In this document: one piece after another, positions 13,961-25,404 of the stretch
How positions within the stretch are numbered: position 1 is the stretch's first letter
How the letters are laid out: each line of letters begins with the position of its first letter
DNA from: Octopus bimaculoides
Taxonomy: Eukaryota
Length of the DNA stretch: 64,000 bases
Direction: 5' to 3'
Assembly (NCBI RefSeq): GCF_001194135.2
Contig: NC_068991.1
Span: forward strand, 16,210,438-16,274,437
Translations under genes and position numbers: made by a program
Notes under the pieces: model-generated
What the model was told of the DNA's origin: nothing
Seen by the model: the letters and a program-made list of their open reading frames with translations, nothing else
The model's database searches: none

Positions 13961-15012
13961 GTCTCTGTCTCCTCCTCTCTCTCTCTCTCTGTTCATGTGT
14001 GTGAGCATATTTCTCTTTATGTGTCCAAGGAAAGGAAACACATTTATGTCAGTCGTGTTCAATTGTCAAACTGTACTGACTTTCTCTTTATCTTTCCCTT
14101 TCACTTTCTCTTTCTCTCTCTCTTTCACTTTCTCTTTATGTTCATATTTATGTGTGCAGGCATGTGACTGGTGTGCCAAAGGTTCAACCATTCATTCAAT
14201 TCATCACCTTCATTTACTTTTATCATACTGAACACATATGTATTTATTTCAGACAAAACGAAATGTATTCCTCACTTCAACTTCTGTCACCATACTTGTG
14301 TCCCACATCACACAGGGTATAAATGCAAATGCAGAAAAGGTTATAAGCTAGACCCCAACGGTTACAGTTGTACTAGTAAGTATTTAAAATTGTTTATTAA
14401 GAATTCAATTTATGTTTTTTTGTGCATTTTAACTGGTACTCTGTCAGTTATGATGAGGGTCTCAGGAGATCTAATCAACAGAGCAGCCTGCTCATGAAAT
14501 TAAAGTGCAAGTGGCTGAGTGCTCCACAGACACATGTACCCTTAGTGTAGTTCTCAGAAAAATTCAGCATGACACAGAATGTGACAAAGCTGGCCCTTTG
14601 AATTACGGGTATGACTCATTATTGCTTGGTGAGTGGACTGGAGCAATGTGAAATGAAGTGTCTTACTCAAGGATACAATGCACCACAAGGAATCGAATGT
14701 TAATGATTCTGCCAGCTCACCGCCTTCATTATAATAATAATAATAATAATAATAGCAATAATAATAATAATAATGATGATGACAATAATAATAATAGCAA
14801 TAATAATTATAATAATCAACAAAAAACTTCCAAACTGTGGTTTTATTACCTTAAATGCTTTTGTCATTTCAGAAATAACTCGTTCTCATAGAAGGCATCA
14901 TTTCTTTAGAGGTATGCATAGACATGTTAAACCTACAACACTCCAGCCTGACCATGTCCATCACCATCCCTATGACTACCACCATGTGGAGAATGACTAC
15001 TACTATCACTAA
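3958..15012 (+). CDS. Predicted secreted EGF-repeat protein with His-rich C-terminal tail, 212 aa; join(3958..4019,10443..10510,12396..12518,13688..13810,14253..14375,14873..15012)
   Basis: Six exons with GT-AG boundaries and matching phases (2,1,1,1,1) give 639 nt = 212 aa + TAA. Translation: [48 protein letters not shown]...TCK SKTNC...SCV HKTKC...[13 protein letters not shown]...YYYH*. Exons 3-6 are strongly supported; exon 1 is inferred from its signal-peptide character and phase match. Confidence 0.8.
4447..5915 (+). mobile_element. Three copies of tRNA-derived SINE family B (about 4447-4660, 5199-5410, 5722-5915) separated by (ATT)n
   Basis: Shared gagctggcagaa...ttagc...ctgagttcaaattc...gactttgcctttcatcctttc...ggtcgat...caaatttcagg sequence in each copy. 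Confidence 0.8.
6213..7020. repeat. Degenerate (GT)n cryptic microsatellite field with recurring gtgatttgtg / gagaatttg units
   Basis: Direct inspection; the His/Thr and Cys/Val ORFs in the track are translations of this repeat. Confidence 0.9.
8275..8677 (-). mobile_element. Full-length tRNA-derived SINE family A
   Basis: Reverse complement of gcgcaggagtggctgtgtggtaagtagc (A-box-like) ...gggttcagtccc (B-box-like) ... internal (TA/TG)n ... gactgaaacaagtaaaagagt tail. Confidence 0.9.
10443..10510 (+). CDS. EGF gene exon 2 ([22 protein letters not shown])
   Basis: ttttacag acceptor and gaag|gtttgt donor; the trailing G plus AT of exon 3 gives Asp of E-D-V-N-E-C. Confidence 0.8.
10590..10783 (+). 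mobile_element. SINE/retroposon family C; further copies 11112-11225 (+), 48452-48790 (-), 57100-57325 (+)
   Basis: Shared ggcgttaggaagggcatccagctgtagaaactctgcc...cccatgctagcatggaaagcggacgttaaacgatgatg with a (GAT)n tail. Confidence 0.8.
11232..11446. mobile_element. Palindromic MITE with 99-bp inverted arms, TA-flanked
   Basis: 11232-11330 is the reverse complement of 11348-11446 with about 8 mismatches; 17-nt loop; TA at 11230-31 and 11447-48. Confidence 0.85.
12396..12518 (+). CDS. EGF gene exon 3, calcium-binding EGF module
   Basis: [41 protein letters not shown] has six Cys, the D-x-N-E-C start and the C-x-N-x4-Y-x-C-x-C hydroxylation consensus; 123 nt, phase 1-1, ccctacag / gtaatt. 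Confidence 0.93.
13160..13630. repeat. Tandem repeat, about 96-bp unit x about 5 diverged copies
   Basis: caagt anchor at 13179, 13276, 13372, 13468, 13563; gtcagaatt at 13200, 13297, 13393. Confidence 0.85.
13688..13810 (+). CDS. EGF gene exon 4, EGF-like module
   Basis: [40 protein letters not shown], six Cys; 123 nt, phase 1-1, atacag / gtaagt. Confidence 0.92.
14253..14375 (+). CDS. EGF gene exon 5, His-rich EGF-like module
   Basis: [40 protein letters not shown], six Cys; 123 nt, phase 1-1, atttcag / gtaagt. Confidence 0.92.
14873..15012 (+). CDS. EGF gene terminal exon, His/Tyr-rich tail
   Basis: tgtcatttcag acceptor in phase 1; [49 protein letters not shown]; AATAAA copies follow near 15100-15115. 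Confidence 0.8.
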
Positions 15013-15037
15013 CTCGACCAGTAAGCTCCTCTACAAA

Positions 15038-15078
<41 letters not shown>

Positions 15079-16257
15079 AATAATAATAATGATAATAATA
15101 AATAAATAAATAAATTAGTTAAAACCAACTAAGATGTATTTCAAGAGAAAATTACGAAGAAATGGATATATTTGGAATGGAATTGATTGTTATGAGAATA
15201 AAGAACACAGTATGTACAATACTGATTTCTGATTCTTTTGTTTTTTAAATCTTAACCCCACCCACCCAGTATATCTACAGCTAATAATGAGAAAATGCTC
15301 AGTGTTTTTATTAGATAAATTCAAGAAGGTAGTGATGTACTGAATGATGAATGCAAAAGAACCAAAAAAAATAATTGAATTTAAGTCTGCCTCTTAGTTG
15401 AAGAGTTTGAAAATGGGGAGAAAAAGATTTCGACAAATGCAACTGATTGATTGGTAAAATTAAATGATTAATTAAATAATTGATAGGTGCAGGAGTGGCT
15501 GTGTGGTAAGTAGCTTGCTTACCAACCACATGGTTCTGGGTTCAGTCCCACCTTGGGTGTCTTCTACTATAGCCTCGGGCCAACCAAAACACCTTAACTG
15601 CACAGCCATCAGCCATACCTGTGTCTATTATGGGAATAAGGAGGCAAAGTAAGATTAATTAATAGATATGGCTGGGTATATGAGAGAATGATCACGGAAG
15701 AAGTTCTCAGTTCTTAGTATAGATAAATAGATGGTGCATCATCACAAGTGATTGCAGCTGCAAATGGTTTGATGTGGTAATTGCAAAATTTTCCCAAGGG
15801 GAAATAATACATTCCTTGTAAGCAGTTGAGGGTCAGTGACTGTAAGAGCATCCAGCCCTAGAAAAATCTGCAAGACGCATCAAACCCATACAAGAATGGA
15901 AGAGTGGACATTAAAGGAAAGGATAGTGTATATCCTTATCATAATAACTACAAGAAAACCAACAAGAGGGCAGTGCTCTTGCTAATTCTTTTTTCTTTTT
16001 TTTTAATGATCTTAAATTCTGAAAAAATTCATTAAAAAGTCAATTTGCATTTTTAGTTCTTCTTATAATATTAGAAATTGCATTTTCATAATGAATGTAA
16101 TTAATTTTCTTTATTTGTGTGTATCTAATAACATTTCCTTCAATAAAACCATATCAATTTACATGTAATACAATACAAAATATTTCTTTTCTTTAGCATA
16201 GTGCGATGACTGTATATAACCTGAAAAATTTAAGCACAGCTATCTGTCTGTCTGTCC

Positions 16258-16329
<72 letters not shown>

Positions 16330-16358
16330 CACAGTTGAGATTCTAACCCTTTATATAC

Positions 16359-16418
<60 letters not shown>

Positions 16419-17816
16419 TGTGTGTGAGTCTGTGTGTCTGTGTGTGTGTACAGTGGGGAATGGAGTATAAACATTTCGATTTTTTAAAAAATTATTTAAT
16501 CTAGTGTTTCCTAGTCTGGGATTTGCACACAGCTGGAGATCCACGAAGACAGCACAGAGGAGGTGGAGATGGAGATGAGGGCAGGCTCCATGAGCTGGGT
16601 TCAAAATTTGTTGAACAGACAGACTTTTCAAAGTCTTGAGATCTGTAGGAAAAATTCATAAAAAAAAAAATTGGATCCTAGATAGTAAAAAGATTGGATT
16701 GAGGACTACTCATAGTAGTCATAAGAAAAGGGGCAGACCCCATAATCTTTGCAACCCCTCTCCCACTCACTTTAGACCTGCTGAGGTCGTTGTTGTTGTT
16801 GTTAGTACCATTGATGGTGGTGGTTGTAGTTTTGTTGTTGCTTAGCCCCAGGTCAACCCTGATGCAGCAGACTTATGGTGAAAGATGTAGTTTTGATCAT
16901 CTCATCCATATTTTTCTTTCAGACTAACTTATCAAACGTGTTCTTCATTTTTCTTAGGACAACAGAGCAGTCTCTTTGACTCTGTAACATGTCGGAGTTC
17001 AATTCACAAAATATTACTGTTATATTGGAGTTTAATATATAAAAATATTAGTAAAGAATAAAAAGTTTAGGAAGGTATAACAATGCACTATAGAACAAAA
17101 AAAATGGACTATATACCTGTTGTAACTTGGTAAACTATAGTCCGATGATATTTGGAATTAGAATTCCTTCTTCAGTTCTTATTTACTGGAGTCTCTGCTA
17201 TAAACTGTCTATATTACTGTCACATTGGAAATCAATCAGTAAAAAAAATACTGTCACAATGAAGATCGATCAATAAACTACTAGTGTTATGCTGGAAATC
17301 AATCAACAAACGATTACTGTCACACTGGAGATTAATCAATAAAAAATTACAATAATCTATAAAAAAAAAAATTCTGTTGCACTTTACATGGAGTCTGACG
17401 GTTTAACCACTGAGCCATGTTTTAATAATCATACCTATTTATAACTTAATGAATACTACATTTTGCAAGTCTCCATATATTAATATGGATTTTCTACAGC
17501 CTTCAATTATATTTTTAGAAATTTGTGGTGCACCCAGATACCCATTATAGCACACAAATGCACTGAGGTGCACCATTTTTGAACCAACCACTGTGGTAAG
17601 ATATAATTTGAGGTAAAGTTGGCTGCCCTTTCTAGCAATTTGAGCTTCTGCATAAAGGGTTTCCTCACTGAAGCAGTTGATAATTTGCTTAGAACTTCTG
17701 TAGTGATACCTGTAAGGCGAAATGTAGAAGGAAAGAGAATTCCAGAGGGTTGTAAATTTTGAGGAGGAAGGACTGTATTAAATATTTAGTATAGGCCTTG
17801 TGTATGTGAGAGACTG

Positions 17817-17870
<54 letters not shown>

Positions 17871-20263
17871 CACACATATATATATACACTCACACACACT
17901 ACATACATATATCTTTTATAGATTATCTTATACTGAGTTCAGTCATTGGATTGCAGCCATTCCATGCCTCCTTTGTTTCACCTTTTGACTGGTACTTTAT
18001 TTTATTGATGCCCAAAAGGATGAAAGGCAAAGTTAACCTTGGCAGGATTTGAACTTAGAATTTGAAGAGCCAGAAAAAAAATACGTCTAAGCATTTTGTC
18101 CACCGCACTAACAATTCTGGCAACTCAATAATGAACTTATTAACACCTTTGATAAATAGGTCTGCTCAATCAAGACTGGACCTCGGGCTATAAACAATAA
18201 CAACAACAACAACAACAACAACAATCAAATAATGTTCATGATGAAAAGTTGTGTAATAACAATTTGTAACAATTGATTAATTAAATAAAAAGACAATCTC
18301 TCTCTTACTTTTCCTTATCTTTCTTATCTTTTTCCCCATCACATCTTCTGTATCACTCCCCCACCTTACTCACCTTCTCTCGCTCTCTCTCAATCTCTCT
18401 TTCTCTTCATCGCACACGCAAACACGCACACGCACACACACTTTCCTTTTTTCTCTCTTCATCTCCCTCTCTTTTCCCTGTATTTCTTTACCCTTTCTCC
18501 TGCTTTCACTTCTTCACTGTTTCCTCACTGCTCCCCCCCTCTCTCTTTGGATCAAATTTTCTCTTTCTCTCAGTGACTTTCTCTTTCTCTTTCATTCTCT
18601 GTGTTTTACATACTCTTTCACCTCCCCCCTCTCTCTTTCTCTTCACCTTAAGTCAATGCTAATCTAATCTATCTTCCATTAAGGATAATTTGTTGGGTGA
18701 TATTCAGTGTTTTCTAGTAAGAACAGAAATCTTGGTTAATCCACCCATCAATCTACCATGATATTATCAGGGGGAGGGGTAGTAATTGGCAATTAACTTT
18801 TATAGGGGAGGAGATGTGGTTTGAGTGTGGGTGGGGGTAGTGTTTGTTGTGATGGGGGAGGGTAACTTAAATGGAGAGAAATAAGTCCGAAACAACATAT
18901 ACACTAAGAATGGACCTGGTATTCACACATAAACATTAAATCAGATTGTGACAATTTAACCCACATTAATCACTGGTATCATGTCATGTATAAACACCAG
19001 TGTGGGTTTTGCTGCCTCAGGCACTGATTATCAGATTTTATGATGGAAATGGTTTCGTGACATTTCCTTTTTATTTTGTATTTAGATACGTATTAATATA
19101 TATACATAAATATATATATATATATATATANNNNNNNNNNNNNNNNNNNNNNNNNNNNNNNNNNNNNNNNNNNNNNNNNNNNNNNNNNNNNNNNNNNNNN
19201 NNNNNNNNNNNNNNNNNNNNNNNNNNNNNNNNNNNNNNNNNNNNNNNNNNNNNNNNNNNNNNNNNNNNNNNNNNNNNNNNNNNNNNNNNNNNNNNNNNNN
19301 NNNNNNNNNNNNNNNNNNNNNNNNNNNNNNNNNNNNNNNNNNNNNNNNNNNNNNNNNNNNNNNNNNNNNNNNNNNNNNNNNNNNNNNNNNNNNNNNNNNN
19401 NNNNNNNNNNNNNNNNNNNNNNNNNNNNNNNNNNNNNNNNNNNNNNNNNNNNNNNNNNNNNNNNNNNNNNNNNNNNNNNNNNNNNNNNNNNNNNNNNNNN
19501 NNNNNNNNNNNNNNNNNNNNNNNNNNNNNNNNNNNNNNNNNNNNNNNNNNNNNNNNNNNNNNNNNNNNNNNNNNNTATATATATATAATATATAGTGTAT
19601 AGTGTAAAGTGTAGAGTAAAATTGTTTTTATTATAATTGAACATAAAGACAAACATCAATATAATTTAGATTATTACATATATAATACATATGTATTACA
19701 TATATCAAGGATAAAATGTCTTTCTTCAGCCATTGGTTTTTAAGGCCAGTTTCCCAAATTCTGTGGCAAATATAGATGCCAGTCCATTGCAGCGTTACTC
19801 ATTTTTGCTCAAGAATGCAATGCATCACTCAGTCCAGGAATCAAAACCACATTTTATGATCATGAGTGTAACGCCCCAACCACTAAGCCACTGTTACATA
19901 TGTAACACATACATAATGGAAAAACACCCTGCAGAATGAAATGGTCAATAAAATAGAAATAAAGTTTTAAAATGTTATCCTTTCTGTGTGGCCTGGTGCC
20001 AAATGATCCAAGGCCCCAAACTGGTCAGCAGCTGAGTGGTAGTGGACCCCTGCTCTACAGGGTCCAAGATGGGGATTATAGAGGGTATTTATGTCTGCTT
20101 GTAATGAAATGGTTGGTTAAGTCTATTATTGAAAGCATGGTTTATGCTGAGCCTGGTCTTATTCAATTGTGAATGACAGCCATAATAGGTGGTGAATAAT
20201 TCATATGTGGATTATACATACATGTGTCTAATTATAAATGTATACAACCTTATAAAAGTTTGT

Positions 20264-20311
<48 letters not shown>

Positions 20312-20961
20312 TNNNNNNNNNNNNNNNNNNNNNNNNNNNNNNNNNNNNNNNNNNNNNNNNNNNNNNNNNNNNNNNNNNNNNNNNNNNNNNNNNNNNNNNN
20401 NNNNNNNNNNNNNNNNNNNNNNNNNNNNNNNNNNNNNNNNNNNNNNNNNNNNNNNNNNNNNNNNNNNNNNNNNNNNNNNNNNNNNNNNNNNNNNNNNNNN
20501 NNNNNNNNNNNNNNNNNNNNNNNNNNNNNNNNNNNNNNNNNNNNNNNNNNNNNNNNNNNNNNNNNNNNNNNNNNNNNNNNNNNNNNNNNNNNNNNNNNNN
20601 NNNNNNNNNNNNNNNNNNNNNNNNNNNNNNNNNNNNNNNNNNNNNNNNNNNNNNNNNNNNNNNNNNNNNNNNNNNNNNNNNNNNNNNNNNNNNNNNNNNN
20701 NNNNNNNNNNNNNNNNNNNNNNNNNNNNNNNNNNNNNNNNNNNNNNNNNNNNNNNNNNNNNNNNNNNNNNNNNNNNNNNNNNNNNNNNNNNNNNNNNNNN
20801 NNNNNNNNNNNNNNNNNNNNNNNNNNNNNNNNNNNNNNNNNNNNNNNNNNNNNNNNNNNNNNNNNNNNNNNNNNNNNNNNNNNNNNNNNNNNNNNNNNNN
20901 NNNNNNNNNNNNNNNNNNNNNNNNNNNNNNNNNNNNNNNNNNNNNNNNNNNNNNNNNNNNN

Positions 20962-20994
<33 letters not shown>

Positions 20995-21161
20995 CACACA
21001 ATAGGCTACTTTCAGTTTCTGTCTACCAAATCCACTCACAAGGCTTTGGTCAACCTGAGGCTATAGTAGAAGACACTTGCCCAAGGTGCCACACAATGGG
21101 ACTGAACCCAGAACCATGTGGTTGGGAAGTAATCTTCTTACCACATAGCCATTCCTGCGCC

Positions 21162-21199
<38 letters not shown>

Positions 21200-21260
21200 C
21201 ACACACAGAAGTGTATGTGTGTGTATGAGTGTGCATCTATGTATACAAGTGTATATGTAG

Positions 21261-21294
<34 letters not shown>

Positions 21295-21439
21295 ATGTAT
21301 GTACATGTGTATGTGAGTATGTACATGTCCTTGAGATAGTAGCTTGTTGCCAAAGCTTTCTTTTGTCGGTGTTCAATACATTTTCATTCCATTTTTTCCT
21401 CCTTTCTTTTTTGTTTCATTATTTAATCAGCACTGATTG

Positions 21440-21740
21440 ATTTTCCTCCTCTATAAAGAGCTAATCTCCATCAACATGACAGAACAAGAAGATGAACTAC
21501 CAAACCTACCAACAGCCACAACTACCTACCTATACAACCACACTCACCTACTTACAGGTAGCCGCGTTTATCTAGGAACAGCCACCTACCAACGCTCGTA
21601 CTCTCCTGCCAACCATCACCCTCACCACATTCCAACAACCGAACTAATTTTTGAGCATGGTGACACTCATTCTAACTACCAATGGCTTCACTCATCTACC
21701 AACATTAACGCTCAACTGACCTGAGGAGAAAGCTCAACAT
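21440..21740 (+). mobile_element. Possible Penelope-like element 3' remnant
   Basis: TELIFEHGDTHSN loosely resembles the LIF-x-LGTL-x-P end of Penelope GIY-YIG domains; weak match. Confidence 0.3.
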
Positions 21741-22283
21741 CAGGCAGGCATGGCTGTGTGGTAAGAAGCTTGCTTCCCAACCACATAGCTCCAAGTTCAG
21801 TCTTTCTCCTATACACCCTCTCATATCTGCCTTTAATGTCCCCCCCCCCACTATTACCTTTGTTTGTCACTCACTATTTCCACCCCTATGTATCTCTGAT
21901 CTCCATCTCTGTCACTGTACATCCCACTCTCTCTCTCCACCTCACACAATTCGCATCAACTCACTATTTCTTATTTATCTACAGCTTTATTATAAAATCT
22001 TGCTCTGCACCTACCCCATTTTTTCGTACTGCCACCTATCCCCTCCTCCTTCTTCTCCTCTCTGATTTGTATTTTCTTTGCTATGACCGCACCCGCTTCA
22101 CAAACTGATATTCACAACTGACCATGATATCTCCTCTTGTTCACCATTCACGGCATTCACCTCTATCCTTATCTCTAGCCATCAGTCACTCTCTTTCAAC
22201 ACTTGCAAAAAACTCAAAAACTTGACTATAAATATAGTTAAGATCACAAAATAGATTAAATATTTAAAAAAAAATTAAATATA

Positions 22284-22649
22284 GGCATAGGAGTGGCTGT
22301 GTGGTAAGTAGCTGGCTTACCAACCACATGGTCCCGGGTTCAGTCCCACTGCGTGGCATCTTGGACAAGTGTCTTCTACTATAGCCTCGGGCCGACCAAA
22401 GCCTTGTGAGTGGATTTGGTAGACGGAAACTGAAAGAAGCCCGTCATATATATGTATATATATATATGTATGTGTGTATGTGTTTGTGTGTCTGGGTTTG
22501 TCCCCCCAACATCGCTTGACAACTGATGCTGGTGTGTTTATGTCCCCGTAACTTAGCGTTTCGGCAAAAAGAGACCGATAGAATAAGTACTAGGCTTCTA
22601 AAGAATAAGTCCTGGGGTTGATTTGCTCGACTAAATGCGGTGCTCCAGC
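22284..22649 (+). mobile_element. SINE family A copy running into an N gap; a 5' half copy lies at 21002-21160 (-)
   Basis: Same head, internal microsatellite and 3' part as the 8275-8677 copy. Confidence 0.88.
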
Positions 22650-23663
22650 NNNNNNNNNNNNNNNNNNNNNNNNNNNNNNNNNNNNNNNNNNNNNNNNNNN
22701 NNNNNNNNNNNNNNNNNNNNNNNNNNNNNNNNNNNNNNNNNNNNNNNNNNNNNNNNNNNNNNNNNNNNNNNNNNNNNNNNNNNNNNNNNNNNNNNNNNNN
22801 NNNNNNNNNNNNNNNNNNNNNNNNNNNNNNNNNNNNNNNNNNNNNNNNNNNNNNNNNNNNNNNNNNNNNNNNNNNNNNNNNNNNNNNNNNNNNNNNNNNN
22901 NNNNNNNNNNNNNNNNNNNNNNNNNNNNNNNNNNNNNNNNNNNNNNNNNNNNNNNNNNNNNNNNNNNNNNNNNNNNNNNNNNNNNNNNNNNNNNNNNNNN
23001 NNNNNNNNNNNNNNNNNNNNNNNNNNNNNNNNNNNNNNNNNNNNNNNNNNNNNNNNNNNNNNNNNNNNCGTGTGCGTGTGTGCGCATGTGCGTGTGTGTG
23101 CATGTCCTGTGCACACATAAATATATAAACATACACATAGATAACACAGAAAAGATACACACACACACATACACACACACACACAAACACATAAATTGAG
23201 ATATAAACAGATACACATACATTCATATATAGCCATAATACACATACTGACATCATAGATTCAGTCACATATACTTACATACATACACAAACACATATTT
23301 ACATATGCACACACACATGGATATACACATACATACTCACACAAATAACAATGTATACACACATACACGCACATGTACACACACACACACACAACCACAT
23401 GTATACAGATTACATAAAGCACAAACTCACTTATAAATATATGGGACTAAAATAGAAATTTAATCCTTAAATAAAATAAAAATATTTTCCACAAACATTT
23501 TATATGAAAGGAAAAAAATTCAATCAGAAATCTTTGCTTGAAACTTTTGTTCTGTTAGTCTTAACATAATTAATGCAGGAGCAGGGTGGTAAAAGTACAT
23601 AATATATTCTAATTAGAAATAATTACACATTGTAGAATAAAACATTAGTTAATGATTAATATG

Positions 23664-24150
23664 TGGAGGCGCAATGGCCTAGTGGTTAGAGCAGCGGACT
23701 CCCGGTCATAGGATTGCGGTTTCAATTCCCAGAACGGGCGTTGAGTGTTTATTGAGCGAAAACACCTAAAGCTCCACGAGGCTCCGGCAGAGGATGATGG
23801 CGAACCCTGCTGTACTCTTCCACCACAACTTTCTCTCACTCTTACAACCTGTTTCTGTTGTGCCTGTAATTCAAAGGGTCAGCCTTGTCACACTGTGTCA
23901 CGCTGAATCTCCCCGAGAACTACGTTAAGGGTACACGTNNNNNNNNNNTCACTCTTACAACCTGTTTCTGTTGTGCCTGTAATTCAAAGGGTCAGCCTTG
24001 TCACACTGTGTCACGCTGAATCTCCCCGAGAACTACGTTAAGGGTACACGTGTCTGTGGAGTGCTCAGCCACTTGCACGTTAATTTCACGAGCAGGCTGT
24101 TCCGTTGATCGGATCAACTGGAACCCTCGACGTCGTAAGTGATGGAGTGC
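23664..24150 (+). mobile_element. tRNA-derived SINE family D
   Basis: gtggaggcgcaatggcctagtggttagagcagcggactcc...gcggtttcaattccc tRNA-like head with A/B-box-like motifs, followed by a non-tRNA body; interrupted by a 10-N gap. Confidence 0.75.
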
Positions 24151-24706
24151 CGACAACATAATGATTAATATTGGTTTCAGATTTTGGCACAAGGCCAGCA
24201 ATGTCAGGGAGGGGATAAACTGATTACATCGATCCCAGTGTTCTACAGGTAATTATTCAATCGACACCAAAAGGATGAAAGGCAATGTCAACTGCAGCAG
24301 AATTTGAACTCACAATGTGATGATGGATGAAATGCTGCCAAGCATTTTGCCCAGTGTGATTCATTCAACTAAAAAATTCTTCAAAACAGTGCCCCAGCAT
24401 GGCCGCAGTCAAATGACTGAAACAAATAAAGAGTAAAAAGTAAAAAAATAGGCATAGAGGAATATGGTGTGCTCCATATGGATATGGAGTATCTGACACC
24501 CTGTCACTCAGACCGACTGTGTGATGCTCCCTGTGATACTCCCTGTATACACTGTGATACTCCCTGTGATACTCCCTGTGATACTCCCTGTATACACTGT
24601 GATACTCCTTATATACACACAGAGTGCCTCAGTTTGAATTGAACTCAAGACCGCATGTCCATGAGTTGAACACTGTAACCACTGAACCATGTACTTTCAT
24701 TTAGAA

Positions 24707-25404
24707 CAGTGGTTCCAAACTTTTTCGAGCTGCCGCCCCCTTGACACCCAGGTCACATTGCTAGCGCCCCCACCCCAACTGACCATCACAAACATAGACC
24801 TCTTGCTGAAGCAAATTCAAAGCAACTGTATTTCACGAATAAAACTTCACCTATAGGTGCAGGAGTGGCTGTGTGGTAAGTAGCTTGCTTACCAACCACA
24901 TAGTTCCGGGTTCAGTCCCACTGCATGGCACCTTGGGCAAGTGACTTCTGCTATAGCCTCAGGCCGACCAAAGCCTTGTGAGTGGATTTGGTAGACGGAA
25001 ACTGAAAGAAACCCGTCATATATATGTATGTTTGTGTATACGTTTGTGTGTCTGTGTTTGTCCCCCCCAACATCGCTTGACAACTGATGGTGGTGTGTTT
25101 ACGTCCTCGTAACTTAGCAGTTCGGCAAAAGAGACCGATAGAATAAGTACTAGGCTTCCAAAGAATAAGTCCTGGGGTCGATTTTCTCGACTAAAGGCGG
25201 TGCTCCAGCATGGCCACAGTCAAATGACTGAAACAAGTAAAAGAGTAAAAGAGTAACAAACCCATTATTTTGTTCTTTTTACATGAATAGCTCCCCCATT
25301 ATTGCCCCACTTTTCTTCAATGCCCCCTTGGAACTTTCCACCGCCCCCAAGGGGTGGGGTGGGGTGGGGTGGGGTTGCAATACCGCCCACTTTGGGAACC
25401 ACTG
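24707..25404. mobile_element. hAT-type MITE with a perfect 8-bp TSD, interrupted by a SINE A copy (24856-25256)
   Basis: TIRs cagtggttccaaa / tttgggaaccactg; TSD ATTTAGAA at 24699-24706 and 25405-25412. Confidence 0.9.

Noticed and set aside
15134-15210. Frame MYFKRKLRRNGYIWNGIDCYENKEH resembling an EGF C-terminal half
   Set aside because: Weak acceptor, missing cysteines, wrong entry phase, and it lies after the stop and polyA signals of the EGF gene.
17560-17780. Strong minus-strand acceptor (ttccttctacatttcgccttacag) with open frames
   Set aside because: The would-be exon is mostly a dispersed repeat (gatttgagg...ttggctg...tttctagca, also near 9110, 39715 and 55070) and has no recognisable protein.
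23664-23745. tRNA gene candidates at SINE heads
   Set aside because: A/B-box-like motifs are present, but there is no complete cloverleaf or T-run terminator, and the heads continue into multi-copy SINE bodies.
23828-24058. Apparent exact tandem duplications around 10-N gaps (also 9513-9670 and 32385-32650)
   Set aside because: Identical sequence on both sides of a minimal gap is typical of unmerged contig overlaps, not biology.
24519-24618. CRISPR-like array
   Set aside because: No unique spacers, no cas genes and a eukaryotic context.
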